DNA of 64,000 nucleotides. It comes from a bacterium. GTDB lineage: Bacteria; Fidelibacterota; Fidelibacteria; Fidelibacterales; Fidelibacteraceae. The position numbers and the translations under genes were made by a program. The notes beneath the pieces were generated by a model. It searched no databases, had not been told where the DNA came from, and was given only the letters and a program-made list of their open reading frames with translations. The stretch covers positions 640,001-704,000 of the forward strand of contig OY781066.1 in assembly GCA_963676395.1 (NCBI GenBank), in the 5' to 3' direction. Position 1 is the first letter of the stretch. Each line of letters opens with the position of its first letter. Positions 8,905 to 19,755 of the stretch are shown one piece after another.

Positions 8905-11900
8905 TTATTTTTCTATCGTGATCTCTATTGAATCATCAAATAGAATATCACCATTACTTTGAACCTGTTCTTTTTGTGAGAGGACTCTGATCTCTACGCG
9001 GCGGTTTGCCTCGCGTCCCTCAACTGTATTATTATCAGCTATTGGATATTCCCGTCCATAACCTTTCATTTCAATTCTGCTAGGTTGGATCAAATATTTC
9101 TTGATCAAAACCTCACGTACGGCTTCTGCACGACGTTCCGATAATACTTTCCCAACCTTCCAACTACCTACATTATCACTGTATCCTTCGATTCGTATTT
9201 TTGCCCAAGGCTGCCAACGCAAAAATTCTGCGATCTTTGCAATACCTTCATCCTCAACAGATTTGAGTTTTGGAGAGTGGAATTCGAAGTCGGAATCTTC
9301 TATAACTTCCATAAAAAGCAAACGATTTACTTCGGTTGAAATGGTATTCATCATCAATGGGGTTTGATGTAATCTACCATCTCCAATATGGTATTCAAGC
9401 ATTGATACGACAGAACTGTGTGAACCGATCTCTTCGGTTTCATTTGGCAATAACTGGAAACTCATTTCATGCTGTTTAGATTCTTTTAGATCACCCATAT
9501 CCCAAATAATTGCATTTTTACCTGCTATTTCAGGTTTATATGATGCAAAATCCAGTTTACTGACCGTTTCGTCCAGAATAAAACCTTTAGGTAGATATGT
9601 GTAGAATTTAACGTCCTTAAGTAAGATAGAACCGGTATAGTTCAGATCTAACTGAAGGTTGATCTTTTGTTTTTCATCTGGAGCTACGCGAACCGGGAAA
9701 AAAGTCAGCTTAATGATGCGTCGTCCATTCTTCTCAACTCTAGACAAATCTTTTAAGTACTTACATTTGATCCGCCGTTTTTCTATACCGAATCCCTGCA
9801 GTTCTTTACACATGACATCTACAGGCTGCTGTTCTGCTTTAATAGATTTATGCATCATATTGACATCAAAACCATTGCTTTTAAAAGCTTCTTCAACGAG
9901 AACCGTAACATCACTACGCCAATTAAGATATTTTTTAATGTCTATCAGCTCTTTGCTTTTTGATAACTCATAACGGTTATTATCATTATTATATTCAAGA
10001 ACTAATTTCATTGACCAAGGATCATAGGAAGTCATTCTTAATGCCCTAGTCATTGTTTCTTGTTCTATATCAACAACAGATCTTTCAGGAAGCTGTTTAT
10101 TGTTTTTAGGTTTTTCTGCTTTTGTTACAACTTTTTTCTCGGGTACAAAGTTTTCGCCACCGAGTACAAAATTCGCTTTAGCGATACCCGAGGCGGATAG
10201 CTTAACAAGTCTTGAATCCGTATCGCCAAGGAAATCACTTGAAGAAAGTAATACATGAGTATTCTTGGGCAAGGTAATTGGATTAATCTTAAGTACATGA
10301 GACCCTAAGCGTACACTTGGAATTGAGTATTTACCATATTCATCTGTAGTAACTCTTACACCATTTTCAGTAACTAATTCAACATTTTTAAAAGTCTCTT
10401 CATCATTATCGTGCATGTTGTTTCCATTGCGATCGTAAAATACTTTACCAAAGATCAAACCATAACCTTGCATCATACTTGGTTTAATAACAACCTTGGC
10501 AACAGCTATATTAGAAAGAACCTGATCACCTGTTTGGAAGTAACCTCGAGCAGATGCCATATTTTCATTCTCACCGAAGCTGCAATTCATACCGACAACG
10601 GTACGATACTTAATCTTTATACTTCCCCCCGGAGCAATGGAACGATCAACATGCCATAATAGTGTTGCCCGATTATCTTGCATAAGCATTTCGGGATCGG
10701 CAATAGTCTCGGTACCAATAATGGTACGACCTTCACGATATCTGAAACCGACAGGAAGTTTATCGGTCAGCAAAAAGTTTGTAATACCTTGATCTTCACT
10801 TTGATTTGTTACTTCAACGGTATATGTCAACACATCACCCAATTCGGCGATCTGTTTGTTTACAGTTTTTTTAACAACAAGAAATGGAGCAATAATACTT
10901 GAAGTTGCCTTTGTACGGAGATCATCGGCAGTATAAGCTGTATCATTTTCAGTATAGATATAAGCAGTATTCGTGATATCTTTTTCAATATTAGCCGTAA
11001 CTTCAACAAGAAAAGTAATTGAATCGTGCTGTTGAGCGTGCATACCATAACGAAGGAATGAAACTTCATTGCTAACCGGGTTATATCTATCAAAACGCAT
11101 ACCCATACCATTAACAAATGAACTTTCGATAAATTCAACTTCTTCGGGAAGCTGATCTACAAGATGAATAGTATCGGCGATCACATTATCCAATGTTTGG
11201 AAATAAATTGTGTACCTTAAACTATCACCCTTAACCACAATCTCTTTATCTACCCGTTTGTATACATCAAAAAGAATCGGCTCATTGTAGATATCGGCAT
11301 TAATCACATGAATACCGCTTTGATCTAAATTTACTTCCCGGGTTCCTGCATAGAAATATTCGCCTTTTCCAAAAATAGCATCGATCCTGTAATTGCCAAG
11401 ATCCAATTTATTAAAATAAAAGAAACCACTTGTATCAGTGCTCACAGAATCAATATATACGGGATTGTCATTATATTTATTCAGGGTGTTTTCACTAAGG
11501 TGGCTTAAGTAAATACTGACTCCCGATCTACGGATAGGATCACCTGACATATGATCAACGATCCTTCCAGATAAAGCAGCCGTATTTTTAACATCATCAA
11601 CCTGTCCTGTACCGGAATCGGTAACCTCAACTGGCTGATCAATCGTATGACTATCACCTTTTTTATCATTGAATTGAACTCTAATGATATAATCACCGGA
11701 ATGATAAAGAGCAATACTATAGTTACCGGATTCATCTGTGACAGCTGATCCGATAATATTACCACCCTGGATCAACAGTACTATAGCACCACTTACGGGC
11801 AATCCGGAATTATCACGAACAACACCGTTAACTCTTCGTGCATAAAATACAACATCGGTGGAGTCAGTTAATCTATCACCATTTACAGCAACAACTTCGG

Positions 11901-14148
11901 CACTGACCTTTGTTGGTACATAATCGGTAGATACAACCTCTGAACGCAAACGCATTTCGGCATAGCCGTTTGAAGTACTGACAATATGATTTGTACTTAA
12001 TAGAGTACCGTGTTCAGTATAAAAATGAACATCGGTACCATCGGATACTGGTCTCCCGGCACCATCAAATACACGGGCTGTTAATTGTGTATAATCTTCA
12101 CCATTTCCAATGACTGAATCAGGATTCGCTGTTAAATCTAATTTATAAGGCTTGATCTCAGTAATAAAAGTATTTGATTCAGAAACAACACCCAATGATT
12201 GAATGTTTGCTTTATTTTTAATCTCTTCGACCGCTATATGATCTTCTTTTATTTTAACATCAAGTTTAACACTACCTTGAGTATTAAGAGCTAAATGTCC
12301 TAAATTCCACATTACAGTATTATAAGTACTATTGTAATTATATGCGCCGGTTGCAGAGATAAATTTTAAGTGCTCACTTAAGGTATCAACAATAACGGTT
12401 GATGTTGCAACAGCATTTCCTTGATTAGCATAATTAAAAATATAGCGGATCGTATCACCAACCAATGCTTCATCGACTGAAGATTTAACCAGGCTTAATC
12501 CTGGAGCGGAAACAATTTCGACAAGGGATGTATCTTCTGCAGAAAATCCACAATCAGATTCCATTACAGCATTGTTATTTAACTCAGTACCGTTTACCAA
12601 AGGTTTATGAACCCTAACACTCAAGTTTAATGCTTGCGATGAGCTCATTAAAGCATCCACATCACCAAGAAACCATTGAATCACATGATCATGGGTATAA
12701 TAATGGTAGGTACCGGAAGCAGATATAAAATCGACATGAGCAGCTAAAGTATCATAAACCATTACATTCTTTGCTATACCATGTCCGCTATTAATATAAT
12801 CAATCGAATAATTTACCAGTTCACCCGCCTGCACTTTAGTGCTGTCGGCTGTTTTACTTATTTGTAATATAGGTGACTCAATTAAAATATCGGAATAAGC
12901 TGAAGCAGCCTTTCCTTCGAAACATACAATATCAGATTCACTGCGTAAATAACTTCCATCTGGAACACTTTTTTTAATTCTTACTGTAACTTCAACCGTA
13001 TCTTGTTTACCGGCACTCAATGGATCAGGATGAAAGGTGATATCATTATCATAAAGATCATAAATCGCACTCATGGAAGATGAAATATACTCCATATTCT
13101 TGTGCAAAGTTTCTTTCATTTCCAAACCGGTAGCGGCAGCATTCCCACGGTTTTCGATGAAGATTTGATATGTGACAGTATCTAAAGGTGAAGCATATGA
13201 AGGCATACTTCTTTGCATATAAAGATCAGGTTCACCTAATGATTCAGATACAAGTACTTTAGCGGATGTATACTTTTGTTCCCCCCCGGAACTTACGGAT
13301 GCAAAGTTAACAATATTGGTACCGGCCGGGACACCATCACGAACAATTACCATTACACTTCTTTCAACAATGTCACCCGGGTGAACATCACCTACAGACC
13401 ATGAAACGATGCCACTTTGTTCTTGCTTATCACCGCTTGCCGAAACAAAAACCAATTCTTGTGGCAAATCATCAAATAGCATAACATTATAGGCTGGAGC
13501 ATTACCCATGTTAAAAATGCGTATATTGTAATTAAGAGTTTCACCGGGCCTTGCACTGGGCTTATCAACTATTTTTTCTATACTAAGTGAAGCCTTATTC
13601 CCAATTAGAATACTTGCCGGTGCAGAAATACCCTTAACTTTTTCAGCAGTTTCGTAAACCGCCGTGTTTAAAATTTCTTCATCATGTGAAAAACCGGGAG
13701 GAACCATACAGAAGATATCAAACTGTAAAGCATTCCCGAAATTTAAACTAAGATTATCCCAGGTAAGAACATTAGCGTTCACCTGAGCTGGTGGATTAGA
13801 GCTAAGATAGGTTAATTCACTGGGTAAGGTATCGGAAACCGAAAATGAAGAAGCGATGAAATTACCCGTATTACTGATCTCAATATGATATTTTACTGTA
13901 TCCATGGGAAGGTAAACGGGTGAATCAACCGATTTAGAGATTGTTAAAAGATATGCCGGTGCAACAACAGTCGTTGTTTGCTCACTTGAAACATTATAAC
14001 GATAACCACCCGCATCAGAATAACTACCATGTGCGGTATTGGTGATCTCAGTTCCAAAAGGAGTTTGCGCATAAATGCAACTAATACTTGATACAACAAG
14101 TACCAGCAGCATATAAATTACCCGCAATGTCAGAAACCGGTCTCTCAT
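8905..14148 (-). CDS. Multi-DUF11 repeat protein with Big_1-like, carboxypeptidase-regulatory-like, SdrD-B-like and C-terminal OmpA domains
   Basis: About seven L-x-I-x-K...Y-x-I...N-x-G...D-x-LP...N-x-A repeats; GKVFYDRNGN; OmpA motifs IEGYSDNVG, LSERRAEAV, GYG, NRRVEI. Confidence 0.88.
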   Translation of the reverse strand: MRDRFLTLRVIYMLLVLVVSSISCIYAQTPFGTEITNTAHGSYSDAGGYRYNVSSEQTTTVVAPAYLLTISKSVDSPVYLPMDTVKYHIEISNTGNFIASSFSVSDTLPSELTYLSSNPPAQVNANVLTWDNLSLNFGNALQFDIFCMVPPGFSHDEEILNTAVYETAEKVKGISAPASILIGNKASLSIEKIVDKPSARPGETLNYNIRIFNMGNAPAYNVMLFDDLPQELVFVSASGDKQEQSGIVSWSVGDVHPGDIVERSVMVIVRDGVPAGTNIVNFASVSSGGEQKYTSAKVLVSESLGEPDLYMQRSMPSYASPLDTVTYQIFIENRGNAAATGLEMKETLHKNMEYISSSMSAIYDLYDNDITFHPDPLSAGKQDTVEVTVRIKKSVPDGSYLRSESDIVCFEGKAASAYSDILIESPILQISKTADSTKVQAGELVNYSIDYINSGHGIAKNVMVYDTLAAHVDFISASGTYHYYTHDHVIQWFLGDVDALMSSSQALNLSVRVHKPLVNGTELNNNAVMESDCGFSAEDTSLVEIVSAPGLSLVKSSVDEALVGDTIRYIFNYANQGNAVATSTVIVDTLSEHLKFISATGAYNYNSTYNTVMWNLGHLALNTQGSVKLDVKIKEDHIAVEEIKNKANIQSLGVVSESNTFITEIKPYKLDLTANPDSVIGNGEDYTQLTARVFDGAGRPVSDGTDVHFYTEHGTLLSTNHIVSTSNGYAEMRLRSEVVSTDYVPTKVSAEVVAVNGDRLTDSTDVVFYARRVNGVVRDNSGLPVSGAIVLLIQGGNIIGSAVTDESGNYSIALYHSGDYIIRVQFNDKKGDSHTIDQPVEVTDSGTGQVDDVKNTAALSGRIVDHMSGDPIRRSGVSIYLSHLSENTLNKYNDNPVYIDSVSTDTSGFFYFNKLDLGNYRIDAIFGKGEYFYAGTREVNLDQSGIHVINADIYNEPILFDVYKRVDKEIVVKGDSLRYTIYFQTLDNVIADTIHLVDQLPEEVEFIESSFVNGMGMRFDRYNPVSNEVSFLRYGMHAQQHDSITFLVEVTANIEKDITNTAYIYTENDTAYTADDLRTKATSSIIAPFLVVKKTVNKQIAELGDVLTYTVEVTNQSEDQGITNFLLTDKLPVGFRYREGRTIIGTETIADPEMLMQDNRATLLWHVDRSIAPGGSIKIKYRTVVGMNCSFGENENMASARGYFQTGDQVLSNIAVAKVVIKPSMMQGYGLIFGKVFYDRNGNNMHDNDEETFKNVELVTENGVRVTTDEYGKYSIPSVRLGSHVLKINPITLPKNTHVLLSSSDFLGDTDSRLVKLSASGIAKANFVLGGENFVPEKKVVTKAEKPKNNKQLPERSVVDIEQETMTRALRMTSYDPWSMKLVLEYNNDNNRYELSKSKELIDIKKYLNWRSDVTVLVEEAFKSNGFDVNMMHKSIKAEQQPVDVMCKELQGFGIEKRRIKCKYLKDLSRVEKNGRRIIKLTFFPVRVAPDEKQKINLQLDLNYTGSILLKDVKFYTYLPKGFILDETVSKLDFASYKPEIAGKNAIIWDMGDLKESKQHEMSFQLLPNETEEIGSHSSVVSMLEYHIGDGRLHQTPLMMNTISTEVNRLLFMEVIEDSDFEFHSPKLKSVEDEGIAKIAEFLRWQPWAKIRIEGYSDNVGSWKVGKVLSERRAEAVREVLIKKYLIQPSRIEMKGYGREYPIADNNTVEGREANRRVEIRVLSQKEQVQSNGDILFDDSIEITIEK

Positions 14149-14172
14149 CTCTCTCTCGGTTTTACATTAAAC

Positions 14173-14195
14173 CCTGCCCCGAAAATCGGGGCAGG
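14173..14195 (-). terminator. Intra-operon hairpin after the 559-aa gene
   Basis: CCTGCCCCGA-aaa-TCGGGGCAGG, weak U-tract on minus strand. Confidence 0.6.
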
Positions 14196-14231
14196 ATTTT
14201 ATTTCAAAGATAACGTTAAGCGTTAAACTTA

Positions 14232-15911
14232 TTATTGAATTTTAGTTTTAAATTCAACGGTTGTTGAAGCGCCGGCACCCAAAGTAGGAAGTTCGAAGAC
14301 AACGGTATTTTTTTCAAGTTGTGCTTCATCTTCATCCTTGGCATCTGTTTTTGCTACACCACCCAGTTTCATAGTACCTCTTTGATACCATGTGTTTTCA
14401 GGGACATCATCATCAATTCTTAGATCTGTTGCAACACCTGTACCAACGTTTAAAATAGTAATGGTGTATGTCAGAACTGTACCTGGAGGTTGGTTACCTG
14501 TAGGCGATACGGCTTTTAAAAGGGATAGGATAGGAGCCGTAACAGTGATTGTTAATTCACCTTCGTCTGACTCATCTTCATTTCCTTCTGAAGTGGCTGT
14601 AAGGGTCATAACAGAAACAACTTCATCAGGTGTACCTGCCGGAATCTGGCCTTTGGCAACAAGATATACAACTGCACCCTGAGCCATTGTAGCTGTTTGA
14701 GCATCTTCTAGTTCTTCTTCATCTTCATCGATCCGACCGTTTTCATTGGCGTCCAAATAGAATTCCCAATCTGGGATCAAATCACAGACCTCAGAAATAT
14801 TCATTTTGTCGGGACCATTACCTTTATTGGTCACCGTAACTGCGTAATAAACATAATCTGAGGGGTCACCGACAGTTACCTGATCGGAACCTACTGCAAC
14901 AAACCAGATCTGAGCTACTGTTAACGTAGCACCACTGGCATTAGCTGATACAGCGAGCTGATCTTCACCTAAAATATTCTTCCAAAGCAATACGGCTGCA
15001 TTGGCAATGACTGTATTTACAGGAACATTATCATTGATTACAATCTGGAAAGTTGCTGTTGCACTTGAGCCACTGCTGATTTCATCAAACATGAAATTGG
15101 CAACTGAAGGAACGCCTTCGATAAATTCAGCGTCATCATCACCTTTATCGTCTGATTGTGCTACCCCATTGATCTTAAGAGATCCGGCTACATATGACGT
15201 GTTTACAGCAATACCTGCCGCAAATACAACATCCTGAGCATCTGCCGAACCTGTATTGGTTACTGCCAATGTATAAGTAACAACATCACCCGGTTGAGGA
15301 TCATTGTTATCAGCAGTCATCGTAAAGGTATACTCTGAAGTTTTTACTCGTACGCCCATGTATGCGGCTGTTTTGATCTCATTATTAAAACGTGATTCCA
15401 AACCAAGTGTAATATTTGCTGATGAAGCATCTTCTCCCGAAATATTTTCAACAACGACGACAATGTTGTATGACGTGTACATTGCCATATCAGGAGTTTC
15501 TCTGACTTCTTCTTCGCCTTCATCTACAACGCCATTTCCGTTGGCATCATGATATACGGTTGAAACAAATTCATCTCCTGTAGGACTTTGAAGAGCATTG
15601 CTGATCTTATATGAATCAACACCGTTTCCCGTATTAACGATCGACATTGGAAATGATACTGTTCCGTATAAAACCATATTCTGGAAAGCTTCCATCGGCG
15701 ATAAATCCACACCGGCAACCTGTGATACGATCGTTGTTACTGTGTTTGAGGTTACGCTGGCCATGGCATTGCCATTGGCATCACGGTAGTTACCTGTTGC
15801 AAAGTTGCTGATCTCTGTGCCTGCCGGTGTTGGTAGAGCAACCATTGCAAAGGCAACACTCGACAACATTATCGTTGCCAAAAGTGCGACTAATACATGT
15901 TTAAATTTCAT
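14232..15911 (-). CDS. Secreted DUF11-repeat protein, candidate major fibre subunit (copy 1)
   Basis: Signal peptide, TPAGTEISNFA N-terminus, internal DUF11/Ig-like repeats, D-x-N-x-NG Ca-binding-like loops, C-terminal truncated DUF11. Confidence 0.85.
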   Translation of the reverse strand: MKFKHVLVALLATIMLSSVAFAMVALPTPAGTEISNFATGNYRDANGNAMASVTSNTVTTIVSQVAGVDLSPMEAFQNMVLYGTVSFPMSIVNTGNGVDSYKISNALQSPTGDEFVSTVYHDANGNGVVDEGEEEVRETPDMAMYTSYNIVVVVENISGEDASSANITLGLESRFNNEIKTAAYMGVRVKTSEYTFTMTADNNDPQPGDVVTYTLAVTNTGSADAQDVVFAAGIAVNTSYVAGSLKINGVAQSDDKGDDDAEFIEGVPSVANFMFDEISSGSSATATFQIVINDNVPVNTVIANAAVLLWKNILGEDQLAVSANASGATLTVAQIWFVAVGSDQVTVGDPSDYVYYAVTVTNKGNGPDKMNISEVCDLIPDWEFYLDANENGRIDEDEEELEDAQTATMAQGAVVYLVAKGQIPAGTPDEVVSVMTLTATSEGNEDESDEGELTITVTAPILSLLKAVSPTGNQPPGTVLTYTITILNVGTGVATDLRIDDDVPENTWYQRGTMKLGGVAKTDAKDEDEAQLEKNTVVFELPTLGAGASTTVEFKTKIQ

Positions 15912-15929
15912 CTGTCTCTCCTTAAAATA

Positions 15930-16418
15930 TTATTTTACTGTTACTTCAAATTCGAGCTGCTTACTTTCTTTCGGTGTAAGCGATTTCTTCAATTCCCATT
16001 GTACGTGTGTAACCATATCGGGGGAAGCGGCTTTTTTAACCATTTTACCATTTTTGTCTTTTATCTCATACTTAGGAGGCCATGCCTGATAAGTTCTGCC
16101 ACCATCAATAGAAAAACTTACATCTGCATGTTTACCTTTGGCCGAATTAGGTTTATACGATGTACCGGCTGGAATAGGATCCGTGATCACTGGTTCTGTC
16201 ATGGTTCCTGTTCCTATATTCTGTGCCCAAACCGTATATTTGATCACATCACCCGGTCGATAGGCAATTGCTTCTGTGCCCATTCTTTCTGCCTGACTCA
16301 TGTTCATTTTCTTTTCTGCGATGCGCAGTTCAAGCTTTGGGCTACCTTGTGCAAATGCTGCAGTACCAAAAACTAAAGCTACCAACAGAACGAGGACTGT
16401 TAATTTACGTAGTTTCAT
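15930..16418 (-). CDS. Small secreted single-DUF11 protein (copy 1)
   Basis: Signal peptide; PGDVIKYTVWAQNIG, ITDPIP, FSIDGG, ends LEFEVTVK. Confidence 0.85.
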   Translation of the reverse strand: MKLRKLTVLVLLVALVFGTAAFAQGSPKLELRIAEKKMNMSQAERMGTEAIAYRPGDVIKYTVWAQNIGTGTMTEPVITDPIPAGTSYKPNSAKGKHADVSFSIDGGRTYQAWPPKYEIKDKNGKMVKKAASPDMVTHVQWELKKSLTPKESKQLEFEVTVK

Positions 16419-16430
16419 TCTCTCTCCTTT

Positions 16431-17195
16431 TTATTTGACTACTACTTTATATATTACATTACCACTGCCACCGGCCTCTAAATTACCATTTAATGTAAAA
16501 AGCAAATCAGTAACAGGTAAGGTCTCTTCGTTATTATATGTTAATCCGCCATCATGGCTGTAAGTGACAGTCATATTATTTCCAGCAGCCGTACCGGGGA
16601 CATAATCCGTATTACTGCCTATCGTTTCATAGATCATTACAGAAGTTGCATCACCATCACCGCTATTTACATACGTAAGCGTATAAGTAAGCTGCTCTCC
16701 CGGAAGTCCGGTACTTTTATCTACAGATTTATTCAAAACAAGAAGCGGCGCTGTTGTACCCTGAACATTAACAGTTGCAGTAGGACCTATTTGTGTTTGA
16801 GAAATTCGATATCCCGTAACTCCGACATATACACCGAAATCACCCGTTTTTAAACTGGTAGTCGCTTTAAAATTAATCACTACCTTTTCTCCACTCCACA
16901 TAAGGAACCAATTAGTCCATGTTAACTGGTTTCCGTTGATATATGGATTTGAGTTTGTAGCACCATAAGTAGAGTTATTTACATAAGTAAATCCATCGGG
17001 TAAAACGACTACAGTTTGTGTTGGCATAATCCAATTTCGTCCGGTATTCCTTATCGTTAGAACATAAGTTACTTCTTCTTGAGGAGCTACTGCAGAAGGT
17101 GTTGCTGTTAAAGATAATGAGACGGCAGCAAAAAGGCTTGTAAGCGAAAAAGCCACTAGCAGAACTACAATTTTTTTCATAATTGTTTTTCTCAT
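16431..17195 (-). CDS. Secreted two-domain DUF11 protein
   Basis: Signal peptide; VTYVLTIRNTG..LPDGFTY and LVLNKSVDK..PGEQLTYTL repeats. Confidence 0.85.
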   Translation of the reverse strand: MRKTIMKKIVVLLVAFSLTSLFAAVSLSLTATPSAVAPQEEVTYVLTIRNTGRNWIMPTQTVVVLPDGFTYVNNSTYGATNSNPYINGNQLTWTNWFLMWSGEKVVINFKATTSLKTGDFGVYVGVTGYRISQTQIGPTATVNVQGTTAPLLVLNKSVDKSTGLPGEQLTYTLTYVNSGDGDATSVMIYETIGSNTDYVPGTAAGNNMTVTYSHDGGLTYNNEETLPVTDLLFTLNGNLEAGGSGNVIYKVVVK

Positions 17196-17262
17196 CTTCT
17201 CTCTCTTTTATCTCTCTCTTAATGAAATAAGATGTGCAATCGCTCAAGTAAGTATAATAAAG

Positions 17263-17334
17263 GGTCTCTCAACTCCCTTTATGTTAAGCCTGATCGGTTA
17301 TTATAACCGGACTGCTCACGACCTTATTTTCAAT
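17263..17334 (-). ncRNA. Candidate structured 5' leader RNA, copy 1
   Basis: 72-nt element homologous to 21804-21875, directly downstream of a predicted promoter. Confidence 0.45.
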
Positions 17335-17342
17335 TCTATACA

Positions 17343-17371
17343 ATAATAGCCAAGATCTTCTAATGATGCAA
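17343..17371 (-). promoter_or_regulatory. Predicted sigma70-type promoter TTGCAT-N17-TATTAT
   Basis: Same architecture at 21884-21912. Confidence 0.55.
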
Positions 17372-17664
17372 TATTTTTCTCTTAATTAAGAATTAATAAT
17401 TTCTTTACTAATTCTTAACTTTTCCAACACCATCTTGTACAACTACCTCAAACAGTATACTATATATAGATTCAACATCAAATTCTGCTGTTTCCGATTG
17501 ATATTCTATCACTTTTTCTTCATTGAAATCTTTCATTCACTCTGTCTTTTCGCATATTTTTTGAGACTTACCTCAGTGGCACATATTATATCTTGAATAC
17601 CCCACACCCTTTAGCCAAAAGCAATGCAATTGCTATATTACAACAACACACTAAGCTTAATTCT

Positions 17665-17781
17665 TTAGATATTGGAAGTTAAGTTCCTACTCAGAATTGG
17701 GTGTGACAGCAGGATAAGATGGATAGCTCCAAGAGCCCCACCTTGTCCATGCGCCATGTTTGATTTTTGATTGTCTCTCAT
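17665..17781 (-). CDS. 38-aa small protein A (not in ORF track): MRDNQKSNMAHGQGGALGAIHLILLSHPILSRNLTSNI
   Basis: Ungapped 15/38 identity with ORF at 22071-22187, with synonymous codon differences; GA-rich RBS. Confidence 0.7.
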   Translation of the reverse strand: MRDNQKSNMAHGQGGALGAIHLILLSHPILSRNLTSNI

Positions 17782-17840
17782 GTCTTCAATCTCTCTCATC
17801 ATTCACACTAGTCTATGTCTTCATCATTCATTCTAATATC

Positions 17841-17929
17841 ATATTACACAGGTTGTTATAGGATTCCTAATTAATTATCTTTAATAAACACTTAAGAATA
17901 ATTCAAGGTAGATTTAAGGAATATTCAAG
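17841..17929 (-). promoter_or_regulatory. Promoter cassette A: four T(T/C)AAG boxes at 11-bp period plus TAGGAA-N17-TAATAT
   Basis: Boxes at 17892, 17903, 17914, 17925; homologous to cassettes at 20567 and 22250. Confidence 0.65.
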
Positions 17930-18004
17930 AAGAAAATTGCTAATCGGATTTCAATACTTATCATTCGAGATTCCCGCACTATCTCTCAATTCCTATCTTT
18001 ATAT

Positions 18005-18030
18005 AAAAAGCCTCGATTTCTCGAGGCTTT
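18005..18030 (-). terminator. Intrinsic terminator after 559-aa copy 2
   Basis: AAAAAGCCTCGA-tttc-TCGAGGCTTT. Confidence 0.75.
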
Positions 18031-18057
18031 CTCATTGTATTAAAGTTCTTAAGTTTA

Positions 18058-19737
18058 TTATTGGATTTTAGTTTTAAATTCAACGGTTGTTGAAGCGCCG
18101 GCATCCAAAGTAGGAAGTTGAAAAACAACGGTATTTTCTTCAAGTTGTGCTTCATCCTCATCCTCGGCATCTGTTTTTGCTACACCACCCAGTTTCATAG
18201 TACCTCTTTGATACCATGTATTTTCAGGAACATCATCATCAATTCTTAGATCTGTTGCAACACCTGTACCAACGTTTAAAATAGTAATGGTGTATGTCAG
18301 AACTGTACCTGGAGGTTGGTTACCTGTAGGCGATACGGCTTTTAAAAGGGATAGGATAGGAGCCGTAACAGTGATTGTTAATTCACCTTCGTCTGACTCA
18401 TCTTCATTTCCTTCTGAAGTGGCTGTAAGGGTCATAACAGAAACAACTTCATCAGGTGTACCTGCCGGAATCTGGCCTTTGGCAACAAGATATACAACTG
18501 CACCCTGAGCCATTGTAGCTGTTTGAGCATCTTCTAGTTCTTCTTCATCTTCATCGATCCGACCGTTTTCATTGGCGTCCAAATAGAATTCCCAATCTGG
18601 GATCAAATCACAGACCTCAGAAATATTCATTTTGTCGGGACCATTACCTTTATTGGTCACCGTAACTGCGTAATAAACATAATCTGAGGGGTCACCGACA
18701 GTTACCTGATCGGAACCTACTGCAACAAACCAGATCTGAGCTACTGTTAACGTAGCACCACTGGCATTAGCTGATACAGCGAGCTGATCTTCACCTAAAA
18801 TATTCTTCCAAAGCAATACGGCTGCATTGGCAATGACTGTATTTACAGGAACATTATCATTGATTACAATCTGGAAAGTTGCTGTTGCACTTGAGCCACT
18901 GCTGATTTCATCAAACATGAAATTGGCAACTGAAGGAACGCCTTCGATAAATTCAGCGTCATCATCACCTTTATCGTCTGATTGTGCTACCCCATTGATC
19001 TTAAGAGATCCGGCTACATATGACGTGTTTACAGCAATACCTGCCGCAAATACAACATCCTGAGCATCTGCCGAACCTGTATTGGTTACTGCCAATGTAT
19101 AAGTAACAACATCACCCGGTTGAGGATCATTGTTATCAGCAGTCATCGTAAAGGTATACTCTGAAGTTTTTACTCGTACGCCCATGTATGCGGCTGTTTT
19201 GATCTCATTATTAAAACGTGATTCCAAACCAAGTGTAATATTTGCTGATGAAGCATCTTCTCCCGAAATATTTTCAACAACGACGACAATGTTGTATGAC
19301 GTGTACATTGCCATATCAGGAGTTTCTCTGACTTCTTCTTCGCCTTCATCTACAACGCCATTTCCGTTGGCATCATGATATACGGTTGAAACAAATTCAT
19401 CTCCTGTAGGACTTTGAAGAGCATTGCTGATCTTATATGAATCAACACCGTTTCCCGTATTAACGATCGACATTGGAAATGATACTGTTCCGTATAAAAC
19501 CATATTCTGGAAAGCTTCCATCGGCGATAAATCCACACCGGCAACCTGTGATACGATCGTTGTTACTGTGTTTGAGGTTACGCTGGCCATGGCATTGCCA
19601 TTGGCATCACGGTAGTTACCTGTTGCAAAGTTGCTGATCTCTGTGCCTGCCGGTGTTGGTAGAGCAACCATTGCAAAGGCAACACTCGACAACATTATCG
19701 TTGCCAAAAGTGCGACTAATACATGTTTAAATTTCAT
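18058..19737 (-). CDS. Secreted DUF11-repeat protein, candidate major fibre subunit (copy 2)
   Basis: Identical to 14232-15911 except K/E, K/E, E/Q and G/D near the C-terminus. Confidence 0.85.
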   Translation of the reverse strand: MKFKHVLVALLATIMLSSVAFAMVALPTPAGTEISNFATGNYRDANGNAMASVTSNTVTTIVSQVAGVDLSPMEAFQNMVLYGTVSFPMSIVNTGNGVDSYKISNALQSPTGDEFVSTVYHDANGNGVVDEGEEEVRETPDMAMYTSYNIVVVVENISGEDASSANITLGLESRFNNEIKTAAYMGVRVKTSEYTFTMTADNNDPQPGDVVTYTLAVTNTGSADAQDVVFAAGIAVNTSYVAGSLKINGVAQSDDKGDDDAEFIEGVPSVANFMFDEISSGSSATATFQIVINDNVPVNTVIANAAVLLWKNILGEDQLAVSANASGATLTVAQIWFVAVGSDQVTVGDPSDYVYYAVTVTNKGNGPDKMNISEVCDLIPDWEFYLDANENGRIDEDEEELEDAQTATMAQGAVVYLVAKGQIPAGTPDEVVSVMTLTATSEGNEDESDEGELTITVTAPILSLLKAVSPTGNQPPGTVLTYTITILNVGTGVATDLRIDDDVPENTWYQRGTMKLGGVAKTDAEDEDEAQLEENTVVFQLPTLDAGASTTVEFKTKIQ

Positions 19738-19755
19738 CTGTCTCTCCTTAAAATA

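Larger units (their letters stand above)
14229..16442. repeat. Direct repeat copy 1 (about 2.2 kb; copy 2 at 18055-20268)
   Basis: Constant offset of 3826 bp; identical 162-aa proteins, 559-aa proteins differ at 4 residues. Confidence 0.97.

Noticed and set aside
17408..17536. 42-aa acidic minus-strand ORF (MKDFNEEK...)
   Set aside because: No paralog in the equivalent position of the other units and no recognisable motif; unsupported.
14232..18230. Diversity-generating retroelement (variable 3' end between the two 559-aa copies)
   Set aside because: Differences are not adenine-specific (many C/T synonymous changes) and no reverse transcriptase is present.
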